A DNA stretch of 64,000 nucleotides from the NCBI RefSeq assembly GCF_009914755.1, contig NC_060925.1. One strand, given 5' to 3'. Every line of letters starts with the position of its first letter. Position 1 is the stretch's first letter. Shown in pieces: positions 14,515-27,559 of the stretch. The notes beneath the pieces were generated by a model. That model ran no database searches and was not told where the DNA came from. It saw nothing but the letters and a program-made list of their open reading frames with translations. This DNA is from the human T2T-CHM13v2.0 reference genome, Homo sapiens. The position numbers and the translations under genes are program-made.

Positions 14515-15398
14515 AAATATAACAAGTGTTGACTAGGATGTGGAGGAAGTTGAAATCTTGTACTCTACTGATAAAAATGTAAGATGGTGCAGGCACTGTG
14601 GAAAATATTAGGGAAGTTCCCCCAAAAATTAAAATAAATCTGAAGTATGATATAGCAATTATTTATCTGAAATAATTGAAATCAATACCTCATAGAAATA
14701 TCTGCACCCTTATGTTCATTGTAGCAGTTGGGTATTTGGATGTTTTCTCTATCTTGGCATATGAAAATCTTGGCTATCCCAACATATAGAAATAATCCAA
14801 ATATTCATCAAAAGATGAATGGATAAAGCAGATATGTTATATACATGCAATGGAATAGTACTTATTCTTTAAAAAGAATGGACTCGTACCATTTGTGACA
14901 ACATGGATGAACCCAGAAGACTCCATGTTAAAGGAAATAAGCCAGTCACAGAAGGACAAATACTGCATGATCTCTCTTATGTAAGATATCTAAAATAATC
15001 TAGCTCGTAAAAGCAAAAAGGTGGTTGCCAGGGTTTGGAGGAGGGGGCCAATAAATAGTTGTCACTCAGTGGGTATAAAGTTTCAGTTATGTAAGATGAA
15101 TAAGTTCAAGAGATTTACTGAAAAACATCTTGCCTATATAGTTCACAGTATGGTATCATGCATTTAAAGATTTGTAAAGAGAATATATCTCTTGTGAAGT
15201 GTTATTATGATGAATACACACACACACACATAAAGAGACACAAGGAAACAACTTTTGGACATGGTGAATAGGCTTATTACCTTGATCATGGTAATGGTAT
15301 TGTGGGTGGGTGAATAAGGCTAGGCTCACCAAATTTTACATATTAGCATGTGCAATGTTTTTGTATATTAATTATTCCTCAATAAAACTATTAAAAAT
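14515..15398 (+). mobile_element. L1MA9/L1MB1-like 3' end
   Basis: AACAAGTGTTGACTAGGATGTGGAG, CATTTGTGACAACATGGATGAACC, GCCAGTCACAGAAGGACAAATACTGCATGATC, ending CCTCAATAAAACTATTAAAAA. Confidence 0.88.
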
Positions 15399-15834
15399 GG
15401 AATTGAATACAAAATACTGCCCAGATAGATTAAAGACAACTTTGAAAAGCAAAATCCTGAAACTTTAATGGTTGTATATATCTTATAACTCAGAGAAATA
15501 AGTGATTTCTTAAATGAAACATTTTAAAAGTAACTGTAAGGATAATTTGAAATAGTCAGTTACATTAAAATAAAAACATTTATTTTCCAAATGACTACAT
15601 ATAATTATCACATTCCTTTGAAATGGAGGGACAATATTTGAAGCTGTATAACAAATAGAAATTAAGATACCTATATTTATTATTCATCTCTCTATTTAGC
15701 TATCTATAACAATCTTTATCTAAAGAACTTCTACAAATTAAGTAAAAATAAATACCTGTCGTGAAAAAGAGTAGAATTTATAGATAGTTGTTTAGGAGAG
15801 GAAACATGAGCAGATCATAATTCTTACCTGCTTA

Positions 15835-17400
15835 TGATAGAAATTGCCAACTGTGCTCCCACTTCACCTCTGTATCAATTCTACCCTTTGTACTTTTTGC
15901 AATGGAATCACCAAAGTCAGAGTCTTAGCAAAATCATGATTATTCATCTGGAGCCCCTATTCATTATTGTATTAATTTATAGTCATAAAACCAAAGTGAC
16001 TAACCTGCACAATGTGCACATGTATCCTAAAACTAAAGTATAATAATAAAAGAAAAAAAAAACAAAAAACAAAGAATCTTGCAAGGGGATGTGAATAGAA
16101 GTAGCACAAGCAATTTATGAGTCAATTCCTTGAAAGAGAAGTTCTTTGTATTTGTTGTTGTTGTTGTTGTTGTTTTTATTTTACCTTTCCCTAGAACTGA
16201 AATTAAGATGTCATGCTGGAGATCCACCGTCAACTATGTTCAAGAAAAATCTCTATGAGATGATGGAGTCACAAGTAAAAAATAATGCCAGGATCCATGG
16301 ATGACTTCATGGAACAGAAAAGTCTTCGTTCCTCAAACTAGCCATTGATATTGTGAAAGTTTTCCAGAAAAGATTAATCTCTATCTTGTTTGAACCCAGT
16401 GAATAACTTTGTTACAACACCATACCTTAACTAATAATCAGAATGGAGTTACTGAAGTGAACTAAAAGATTTTGGCACACATTTTGTTGCCGTGGCAATC
16501 ACTTTCACTGAGGTAACAAGGGTGGCAGATAACATAACTACAAAGCCTGCATACAAATCCAAATATTGGCTTTTCTTTTTAGCTCTTGGTTGCTTTAGCA
16601 AAGTAATACAGGTGAGATTAGTAGGCCAGAGCAGAAATGGAAGTCATAATACTCTACTGAAAAGGCTTTCTCAGAGTACGCTGCAACCTAAATTTACTTA
16701 GAATAAACGAACTTGGAGCCTTGCGGGGTTGTAAATGCCGACTCCTTCTGTTCTCTGAACAACCGTCAATGAGATTATGGAGCCTACATATCAATGTACT
16801 CGGACATAAAATGCTCGCTAACCCAGCTGCAAAGATCAGATTATGCATATTATCTGTTCAGGCAGCCTATTATTTCAGAAAGCCTTGAGGAAGCTGCCCT
16901 TAAATGAGTATAGATGTCAGTAAATAAAAGAGTCATCCAGGCTGAAGAACTACTCTAGGTAGATGTTTGATTGCATCATAGTTTCTTCACATGTAACTGA
17001 ATGTAAGCAAATACATCAGAAACTTCTTGGGTTTTTGATGAAATTGTATTGCCCCAAACACCTTAGCTTCCAAGACTGATGATTGAATCCTCAGACAAAC
17101 CTAAGCCTAAAAACCCAAACCAATAGGGGATTGGCAATTAAACTCTACCACAAGGAAGAAATGTTCTGCATAGTTTATTTTAGATGTGGAAATAGTGGAC
17201 AAGAGAGATCCTGTCATAGAGTAGAGCCAGGTTCCTATAAAGAAGTTATTCCAACATTGAGAAAAGTAGGCCTCATAGTATCTATCCAGGCAGATTTTAT
17301 AAGTGATCTATGACTGCATTATGTACCCTTCCTCCTCTTTTGACAATTGAGTTGATATTTCACTTTCCCTATGCATGAGGGCAGTGGGTGGCTAAAGTGA
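15835..17400 (+). mobile_element. Old MLT1 (J/I-like) LTR followed by MaLR internal sequence
   Basis: GATGACTTCATGGAACAGA and CTCTATCTTGTTTGAACCC LTR motifs ending CTAATA near 16436; internal-like TCTTGGTTGCTTTAGCAAAGT follows. Confidence 0.5.
15997..16064 (+). mobile_element. Extremely 5'-truncated young L1PA (L1PA2-like) 3' tip
   Basis: TGACTAACCTGCACAATGTGCACATGTATCCTAAAACTAAAGTATAATAATAAA plus A tail; TSD AAAACCAAAG (15987) / AAAAACAAAG (16065). Confidence 0.9.
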
Positions 17401-17844
17401 ATATCTTTGTCTTTTCATTTCTTGGTTACCAAACTGTGAGGATTTATATTCAAACCTTTAGTTAACAGCATACATCCAAAGAGAACAACATGACTAATGT
17501 AGCATAAATTAAGTGGAAAGAAATAGAAAACAATATAAAAATGAGTTAAAGACTGTATGATGCCAGTTGTGTAAGATCCTACTCTCGACTGAATTGAATA
17601 CACGTATACTTGCCATGTCAATTCTGAAGGCCAGGGGTAAATTTGTCTTAAAGAGTTAAAAGCACTAAAATACTTCCATAAACATTCAGATGTTTAGAAT
17701 CAATAGCAATCTGGCTATGACAGTTATAGCTACTTCAAGCTAAATTTAGTCAGTCTCCACTTTCATAGCTATCTCAATGTAGTAGGTACTTTAATTTCTA
17801 AGTTTGTATACCATTGTTGTTTAATGAGATGTACATCATATGTG

Positions 17845-18016
17845 GGGTTGGAGGACCAGGGTGCAAGTCCCAAATCTGTTACCTACTAATGGATGAGTGA
17901 ACTTGGACAAGTTATCCTCTCTAAAATAAATTACTGCATCAAAATAATGGGATAGTGATACTACCTTTCTTCTTAGACTTATTGTAAGAATTCATTAATC
18001 TAAAATCCTTGGCATA
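17845..18016 (+). mobile_element. MIR SINE
   Basis: GGGTGCAAGTCCCAAATCTG, ACTTGGACAAGTTA and ATGGGATAGTGATACTACC core motifs. Confidence 0.65.
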
Positions 18017-18834
18017 TCTTTCCTATAAAAGACACTATTTGCTAGAGATCTTTGAAAAAGGTGGATCATTTCATATTCTTGCTCCCACTTGGCAACTCAT
18101 AGTGGATATTTGCCAAGAAACAGTATTGAAGATTCCTACTAAATATAAATGTTTAAATTTATTAACCATTTTTTAAAATTGAAAATACAAGTACCCTTAA
18201 TGAGTATTTGTTGAAGACATAATAAATAAAAGTTTCATTTTCATGGCACTCTTTATGCCTTCTGTTAATTGCTGATTCAGAAATACCACCCAAACACACT
18301 GTTGAAAAAGTAGAATTTATCACTTATAACAAAGGAACACCATCATTCTGGAAGAGTCTTAGTAGCCTATAGGAGAGGGAAGGTCAAATACTCCACATGC
18401 ACACATTCACACACATTTAAGTCACTGAATCTTATTTAATGAAAATGTAATGTAATCAAAATGTAATGTTCCATCTTTCCATTGCTTTCATCCTGCACAC
18501 AAATATACTTTGGATCATGAAACAGTTGAAAAATTCAATGGTATATCTCTTTACTTTCTATTATTCTAACTTTTACAATTCTACAATCTGGAAAATATAT
18601 TTGCAAAAAAAAATTTGACTCTGTGGAACAATAACACAATTCAATATTCTTCTCCTCTTTCAACCTATTACATAGTTTATCCATTCTTTAAAATTACAAA
18701 ATAAAGCAAAGCATTAACGAAAAATGAAAACAAAACATTTGAAGGTTATACTTTGCAGCAAATACATTATAGAATACAGAATAATTTTGTTACTTTACTC
18801 AGCAATGTACCTAAGGCCTTGTTATTTTATATTA

Positions 18835-18885
18835 TAGATAGATAAATAGATAGATAGATAGATAGATAGATATAGATAGATAGAT

Positions 18886-18927
<42 letters not shown>

Positions 18928-18941
18928 CAGATAGATAGATA
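18835..18941. repeat. Compound (TAGA/GATA)n tetranucleotide STR, about 26 units with interruptions
   Basis: Read directly; interruptions TAAA, TA, TGA and CAGA. Confidence 0.98.
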
Positions 18942-20646
18942 TCCCTGCTATTGAGCAAAAGAAAATTCAAAATCAACTTTGAATTTTGCAGCATTATAAA
19001 GTTTGTCTTATATGCAATCCTTTCTAAAGGCAGAGGATTTAGCTACCTTAGTTGGCAACTTCAGGCTCTGGTGACTTGTCCAATCTACACTTAGTTTCCC
19101 AAGGATAATATTCTGAGCAATCTCATCAATCATGCCCCCAACATGTTTTCTTCATTTTAACATGTCCAATTTATTTGTGATTTTATTGTTAAAAGGCCTT
19201 TTATCGCACTTGTTTCAGAAAAAGCTTCTAGAAGAGCTATCGAGATATTTAATGAATTTGTTACTTTCCATTAAGTCACTCTATAACCACCTGACTGATG
19301 TTGAAATGACTGACTGCTTCTCTTACTGTTGAAAGCTGAAATGCCAATATCTGAGGTAAGCTCTACTTATGCCATAGTGTATTGGCACTTGTCACCTCCA
19401 GCTTGTTTCTCTCCAGGAAGTTGGCAGAGTATTATCAGAGAAATCTCTTCATATAGCTTCACGGAAACTGAGCTTTATCATTAGCCGGGATACACTGAAT
19501 TTGTAGAAAAAAAATCAATACATAGGCTTAAGGTGTCTCAGTTATTGTGACTGCTACATGCTTTGGATTTTGTGCACTTATATCGAGATATGACTGTTTA
19601 TTTTGTCTTTTTTTGTGTGGAATTCTTATTTTACCTTTCAAGTAAAGTTGTAATAAAAATCATAACTCTTACTGGGGGTAAGTGAATTTTCTAGGATTGG
19701 AAAAATATCACGATCTATTATTTAAAGGTAAATTATCCAAGCCATCTGTAAAATTTAAAGTAGAATTTGGTTCCATCCTTTGACTAAAATCTTGAGTGCA
19801 TTAAAATTCATAATTGAAATTATTTTTAAAAATTACATCATAACACGAAAGTGCCACGGTCACTAAGAGCTAACAATTCATTGATCATTGGACAGTCATG
19901 GGTAATAATTAATAAATGAAAAAAAGAATAAAAATTAATACAAAACACTAAAAACTATTTGATACTTAAAATATTCTTAAATTGTTTGAAATAAATCTTA
20001 AATTTGTTTTCTTACAGTGAAGATTTAAGGCATAAAAGTTTCAGGTGCTTGTAAACATCTGTGATTTAACCAATTCTATAATATAGCCAATATAATAATA
20101 TATGTAAATAAATAAGTTATAACATTTGGATATGCCATATCAAAAAATTAGAGAAGAGAATAAAATTGAATAGAAATTACATCCAAAATCTAATAGAAAA
20201 TGATTTGTCATTTTGAGATTCTCTAAATTAAAAATAAATATTTGTGATTCCTCCCATGGAAAATAAACTGAATCTGTAATTAAAGTGACATAATGTCTTC
20301 TAGGATGCAAAATCATCAGTGAAGGCTAGAGTTTGAAATAAGTATTAATCAGAGTGCCAAAGCCAAAGTAAAATAAATTATTTCACAGGCATTTAGGAAG
20401 AAAATTCATAGAAATTAGAGGGAAAAAAACAATTTCTTCACTAAACAAATGTGCATATAGACTGACCACCAAACTTCAGTGAAAGACTTAATGGACAGTT
20501 GACATTTTCAGCCAAAAGAATATGACCCTAAAATTTTCTTTGAAGCTAAATTGACTTTGATTAGAAAGACAAAGGGAAGATTTCATGAAAGCTATAAGGA
20601 ATCTGGAATATTGTATCTATTAATTCTTCTGAATTCTTCTAAATTG

Positions 20647-20670
20647 CACACACATACACACACACACACA
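20647..20670. repeat. (CA)n microsatellite, one interruption
   Basis: Read directly. Confidence 0.9.
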
Positions 20671-21790
20671 ACATTCCAGCATAGATAAATGGTTCAAAAT
20701 AAAGAACTAAGAAAATAAGAAGTTACTGGTAGGATAAGATCTGCACTTGCTTATTTTACATTGTGAAATCTTGTATGTAGTTTTAAAAAAATAATTGTTT
20801 TAACCATTTTACTACAGTATCTTCTAGATTATCTTTAATTCTTGAAAAAATAATTTATTTTATTAATTTCCCAGATAAATACCCCAGCTTACACCTTACA
20901 AACCGTGGCACATCTGTACTTTCACTGTTCTCAGGATTCCCAGTGTTACCTGCTGGATGGGAGATAACACAGTGAATGATTATATACTGGAATTCTTAGA
21001 ATCATCATTTTTCCAAATACTAGGAGGTGAGGCTTTTATAGTAAAACAATGCAGAACAATTAAATGTAGTCAATACATTTCTCTGTTATATGGAAAAAGG
21101 GTAAAAATGTCCTGGTATATGGAAAAGAGTTCCTCAGGGAAAAGATGTATTCTTTCAAACTGGCACTAAGATAGAAAGACCAAAAGAAACCCTTTAGGCT
21201 CTTTGGCAGCCTAACTCTACTTGCTGGGAAAAGAGTCTAGATAGGGATTTGGAAGCAATTCTAGTAATTCTTCATTCATGACCTTCTTATTTACCTTCTT
21301 CTGTGATTTAGTAAAAGAATCTGGGGTAATAGGTATAAATTCAAATTCTGGCCATACACTTAGGACAAAATAAAATAAGTGTTCAGCAAATTGCTTTTGA
21401 TTTAATTAATTTCATAACTGAATACCCTTATTGTTTTGCAAATTTTCTATTAGAACAATAATTTAGTAGCTGTTTTCTTGTTGTTTTATTTTTAAAATCT
21501 GAATCATCTTATTCAACACACTTCACATAGTAAAGAAAATTATCCATTATATAAAGGCAATTTAATTTTTCAATACTATTAAAAGATACAGTACAAACAT
21601 AGGACAAAGTTAAATGAGACATGACCCTCAAAAAATATCAAGCTTAACTCAATAAAGGCAAATATTGTTGTGGAAATAATCAAGAGATTCTAGGGAAAAA
21701 AAATAGATTGCTCTTTAGAATCATATTGTTCAAATAACAAATGACTACACTGTAGAAAGAACCATGGATCAGGACATGTTACATTAGGAT

Positions 21791-22247
21791 TGTAAGCCAA
21801 AAAGTATCTGAGACAAGTCTCAATCAATTTAGAAATTTATTTTGCCAAGGTTAAGGGCATGTCCAGAAGGAAAAAAAAAAAAAAAAGAATCACAGAAACA
21901 GTCTGTGGTCTGTGCCTTTCTCTAAAGATGAACTTGAGGGCTTCAATATTTAAAAGGGAAAAATGGACAGGAGGGAAAAGAGTGAGGGTATGGTAATCCA
22001 GGAGTTTCAAGATCAAAGGAGCAGGTAAGGAGATAGTCAGCTTATGCTCACTCAGTAAATCAGCACTTTACATAAGATAAGATGAACAGAGAGTAGCTAC
22101 CTGTGGAGATACGGAACATTTTATCTGTAGGTATCTGCTTAGGAACAAAAGGAAAGTTGCAGTTTCTTGTAAGATTCAGTTTTCAGCTATTTTTTTTTCT
22201 TTTTGGAGTAGTGAATTGGGGTCCTGAGTTTTTATTTTTCTTTCTCA
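21791..22247 (-). mobile_element. MER4-family ERV1 solo LTR
   Basis: TG...CA termini, 4-bp TSD GGAT (21787, 22248), ATCTGAGACAAGTCTCAATCAATTTAGAAATTTATTTTGCCAAGGTTAAGG typical of MER4 LTRs. Confidence 0.88.
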
Positions 22248-22850
22248 GGATAATATTACAAAATGAACAAACAAACAAAAAACTGTGAGGTTTCTTTAGG
22301 TTAGAGGAAGGCAGATCTTTTCATGCTTAGGGTTATCATATCTAAATAAAGTTAAACTGAAAATAATGCTTAATATTCTATCATTAATAAACTGAAAAGC
22401 TAAAGATAGTTTGCAGTGAAATTGTAACTCTGGTCATTAATGCATTTTGACTCATTTAAGCTTTTTTGTTTATTTTGTTACGATGTTCTTTAAACTTTCT
22501 CATACATTTAGAAACAAATATATATATATACACACACACATATAGTGTTTATAATGTTTGAACAAGTGTAGTGCGTCTTCTGAAAGTACATTGTATATTT
22601 TTCATACAAATATATCCAGTTCAAATTATACATATTTCAAATTAAAGTAGCCACAAGATATTTGCGTTAAATTCCATATGATGAACTGTTAACTAGTAAT
22701 CTTTGTATTTTTTAACATATAGTGGCACATCTATTTGATTTGTTCTCAAAGTATTCACTCTTTTAGGTTTATTTAATTACAGATGACAAAATCAGGTAAA
22801 ATAACCTGTTCAAATTCAAATCTTGGCTGGTGTTACATGCCACGTTTTTT

Positions 22851-23147
22851 TTTTTTTTTGAGACGGAGTCTCGCTCTGTCGCCCAGGCCGGACTGCGGAC
22901 TGCAGTGGCGCAATCTTGGCTCACTGCAAGCTCCGCTTCCTGGGTTCACGCCATTCTCCTGCCTCAGCCTCCTGAGTAGCTGGGACTACAGGCGCCCGCC
23001 ACCGTGCCCAGCTAATTTTTTGTATTTTTAGTAGAGACGGGGTTTCACCTTGTTAGCCAGGATGGTCTCGATCTCCTGACCTCATGATCCACCCGCCTCG
23101 GCCTCCCAAAGTGCTGGGATTACAGGCGTGAGCCACCGCGCCCGGCC
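22851..23147 (-). mobile_element. AluYb8 (human-specific)
   Basis: Diagnostic 7-bp insertion CAGGCCGGACTGCGGACTGCAGTGG, plus CACCTTGTTAGCC and CTCATGATCCACCC; TSD CATGCCACGTTTTTT (22836, 23148). Confidence 0.97.
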
Positions 23148-24836
23148 CATGCCACGTTTTTTATTTGATTCTCAAGTATGCTCTGTCGAATTACTCTGTA
23201 GTCCCTTGCTTTGGATTCCAATGTCCAGGAAATACAGTCTCATGAAAGTTATAGAATAACTTCAACTTCTCACAATCAAACGTCTCAAGCAGGAAAAGAG
23301 GCACATGAGTAAGAGCTTTTCCATTCTCTGATTGCCTCTCACATTTTTTTTAGGAAGCATTTTTCATCCCCTGAGGCACACAAGCATTGAAGCTTTTACA
23401 CTGCATTGGTTAGAGCATGCTCAATTGGACATCTATGGCTGCAGAAGAGGTTGGGAATGTTACCAATATGACAGAAGGGATAAGAGTGTCATGGTTAGTT
23501 TAAAAAAATCATGATTCATGCCTGGGGTCATACACTGAGCAAAGTCAGAGGGTAGTGGAGAGGGAAGGAGGAGTAACATATAGAAACAACAAAGAACATC
23601 TTTCTTATTCTCCTTAAGACCCCAACACCGCATATTAAGTCCATTTGTAAAAGTCTTGTTAAACTAATGAAGAAATACAGATTAATTTGCTGGTGTATCT
23701 GTATCTTTCTCTATAAATCATACATTAAAATTACATTCAAAATGTCTTGTTTATTAAGTTAATCATGTTCAAAATGTTAGTAGCCCTGTGTCACTAAATA
23801 CAATTCACGATAAGTTATGGACACTGGAACTAGGGAAAAATATGTTGAATAAAAGCAATTTCTGGGTGTGAGGGTAGACCCATGATTTCTGGTATTGGTA
23901 TTTGCAAGGCTTTGCCATTTGCAAACTTTTGCATACATTGCATAGCAAATTTGATGAATGAACTCTGTATTTTTCTCCAATTAAATTGAAACACACATAT
24001 GGCTAACCCTGATATTGTAGTCTAATTCAATGCTAATTAGATTTATCTGTCTACTAAGTAAGGCACCCAAACATATGCTTTTTCATCTCCTTCTTGGGGA
24101 AAAAAAAATATATATGAAAATGCCAACATTTTAAAAATAGTGAAAAACCTGAAAATGCTTGTAGGATTTTTAAAGAAATGACTGTTCTTTTAAATGCTTC
24201 AGGTACACATTAAAAAGAAAATGATTATTAGCATCATAAATGTATATGATGTATTTCTAAGTAAGCATTTAATTATATCAGCTCAAGGAAAATTTTAGGT
24301 TTCATATAATATGTGGATTAGAGAGGCAGTAAATAGATTGCCTCCCTAGACAAAGTGACATTTTAACCAGTGAGGGGTTGGACACTGAACAGCATGACAT
24401 TTCTGCCTTCTGTTAAGATCAAAGTGACAACTCTATCCTTTCATCTGGATTTGCAGACTATAGGTAGGTGATGATCCTTAACATCTGCACATTATTTACA
24501 CTAAAAAGAAAATTGCCCAAAAATAGATAATGAGATGAGTCTCTGTGTTGGTAAATGTTGCTGTACCTAAATTTGCTTTGACTGTTCTTAAAGCCATTTA
24601 ACATTTTATCATTTCAAAATAACTTATAATCATGGATAATACAGTATCATTCCATCTAATAAAGTATCATTCAGTTTCACAGCACAGTTATTCTTCACTG
24701 CGGGGCCTGCATACTTATTAAGATTTGGTAAGAACCTAGTAATTACAAGTAGAGAAAGTGGATGTGTAGCCACACTGTAGCATTTCAAAGTTCTATAAGC
24801 TCAAGAACTTTATTTAACCACTCTGAAACTCACTTT

Positions 24837-25134
<298 letters not shown>

Positions 25135-25146
25135 GAAGCTCACTTT

Positions 25147-25849
25147 TTAAAAATATTGCAGTAAAATACATATAAAATACATCTTAACCATTTTAAGTGT
25201 ACAGCTCAGTGACATTAAGTTCGTTTACATAGTTGTGCAACTATCATCACCATCCATCTCCAGAACTTCTTGAAAAACTGAAACTCCATACTCATTAACA
25301 ATAGCTCTTCATTTCCTCCTTCCCCTTGCCTCTGGAAACCAGCATTCTACTTTTCTGTCTCTATTACTTTGACTCCAGTTATCTCATGTAAATAGAATCA
25401 TACTGTATTTGTCCTTTTGTGATTGCCTTATTTCACTTAAGACATGTCCTTAAAGTTCATCCAATTTGTAACATGTGTCATAATTTTTTTAAAAATTGAA
25501 TGATATTCTATTTTGTATGTACAGCCTGTTTTGTTTATGCATTCATCTCTTGGTGCACATTTGAGTTGCTTGTGAATTGGCTCTTGTGAATAATGTTATC
25601 ACATATAATGGCATTCAAATATCTCCTTAAGTCCCTGCTTTTAATTCTTTTGGGTACATATCCAGAAGTTAAATTGTTGGGACATATAATGATCCTACTT
25701 TGATTTTTTCAGGAAATGCTATACTATTTTCCATAGCGGGTTTATCATTTCACATTCCCACTAACTGTATACAAGCTTTCACATTATTCCACATCCTCAC
25801 CAACACTTGTTATTTATTTTTTATGCTAGTCATAACAATGAATATGAGA
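25147..25849 (-). mobile_element. L1MB-type 3' end (5'-truncated) with TSD
   Basis: CATTTTAAGTGTACAGCTCAGTGACATTAAGT...GTTGTGCAACTATCATCACCATCCATCTCCAGAAC; followed by GAAACTCACTTT at 25850. Confidence 0.9.
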
Positions 25850-26211
25850 GAAACTCACTTTTAAAGTGCAAGTAATAATCCCTATATCACAGATGGTGCT
25901 GATATAATGGTTTTTTAAACCCTTATAGATTTCAATTATTTAATTCATTTCCATGCTTTCCTGACACTTCCCAAAGCGGAGATACAGACCTTATGCCCTC
26001 TAAGTAAGGCAGATCCTTTGTCATGATTCTGTGAACTCTTTGAGTTATATCCACTCAGACTACTTAAAACAATGAGTTTTATTAAAAGAAAGGTATCTTA
26101 AATTTCTCACATACCCTGGAATAGTCATTCAGTCACCTCTTTCAACAACTGCAACAGTTCAAGTATTGGAAAAATTATAGGAACTTAGCTTCAGTCTCTA
26201 TTTTGTTGTCT

Positions 26212-26262
26212 TCTTAGTTATTGTTATTATCTTAGATATTGTTATTATCTTAGATATTGTTA
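26212..26262. repeat. About 2.8 x 18-bp tandem repeat (TCTTAGATATTGTTATTA)
   Basis: Units at 26212 (one mismatch), 26230 and 26248 (partial). Confidence 0.9.
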
Positions 26263-26305
26263 ATCTACTATCATCATGATGTCTTAAATTCCCTATCTCA
26301 ACCTT

Positions 26306-26336
<31 letters not shown>

Positions 26337-26364
26337 GTCTGTCTCTCTCTCTCTCTCTGTCTCT
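26306..26364. repeat. (CT)n/(CTGT) microsatellite
   Basis: Read directly. Confidence 0.95.
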
Positions 26365-27559
26365 AGCTCTATCTCATCTTTTTGTTCTTTTGCAATCACC
26401 TATTACTTCCATTCTCTGTAGTCTTTTTGCTTCATGGCTCCTGTTAGCTTATAATGTTTAATTGTTCATAAGTGCCTTTTTATGTGTAGCTCTTGCTGCC
26501 ACTGCCGCTTTACAATATATTTCAAAGCATCCTTCCAATTTAAAGTGTCCCTATCAACTGACTGGTAGTCTACTAAAATTAGTAGTAAAATTAGTAGTAC
26601 TAAAATTACTGGTAATCTAAGTAAAATTAGGATACTTTAGATATTGCCCATAACTTTTCTTAAAACATGCAAAAAATTGTCTTGGAAAAGAAAAAAATTG
26701 ATCTTAAAAACTTAGTCCACTTTGTTCTCGAAGTTGTTTTTGGCTCTAATAAATACTAATATATTTCTGCATACAAATAAAGTATAAATAACACTGGATT
26801 TTGAGACAATGATAATGAGATTTCAGCAATAGTAAAGACAGAGAGACTTGGAGGAATAGTGTTCTCTGATTCAGTAACAACTGAATTAAATACTTTCCTC
26901 AGGATCAGGCTTTCCCATTGTGCACCTTACACATAAAAATAAAATTTTGGAATGCAGCCTGCAGCACATTGGGATTTAGCTGGTTTTCGGAGATCTTACA
27001 TAATTAGTGAAAAACAAACACAGGCATAAAGAAGCATCATAAATATAGTATTATGTAAATATTCTATGCCACCTAATTCATGAAAATTAGGGATATGCAT
27101 GATTCCAAAAGATCTTAATCATGGCCACTTTTCTCCAGTGTAAAGTAAAAATGCCCTCTGTGTTTTTAATTTTGTAAAATGATCTAAAATGAAATCATCT
27201 AAAACAATCGGTCAATAAAGCAGCATTGAATTATTTCTTGTTTGTATCAGTGATAAAACTGAACCAGAACCCACAGATAGCTCCTAATCAAGTGCTTTCC
27301 CATCCTCCCCAAATCCAGTATCATTAATTATACGAATCCCTCTTGAATATGTAAATGTCTGACTTGCATCTCTGCTGTGTGAATCCCTTCACAGCAATTG
27401 TCCTAGTGCCTGCTTAATTTCCCTCCATATTTATTTCCACCGTGATCTTTGTATTTTGCCTTTCTTTATGCATATCATCTTGTCTTTTTATTTAATGATG
27501 GAATTCAGCTTTTTTGTCTTTGACCACACAAGATTCACAAAATATAAAGGCTTTTGGTT

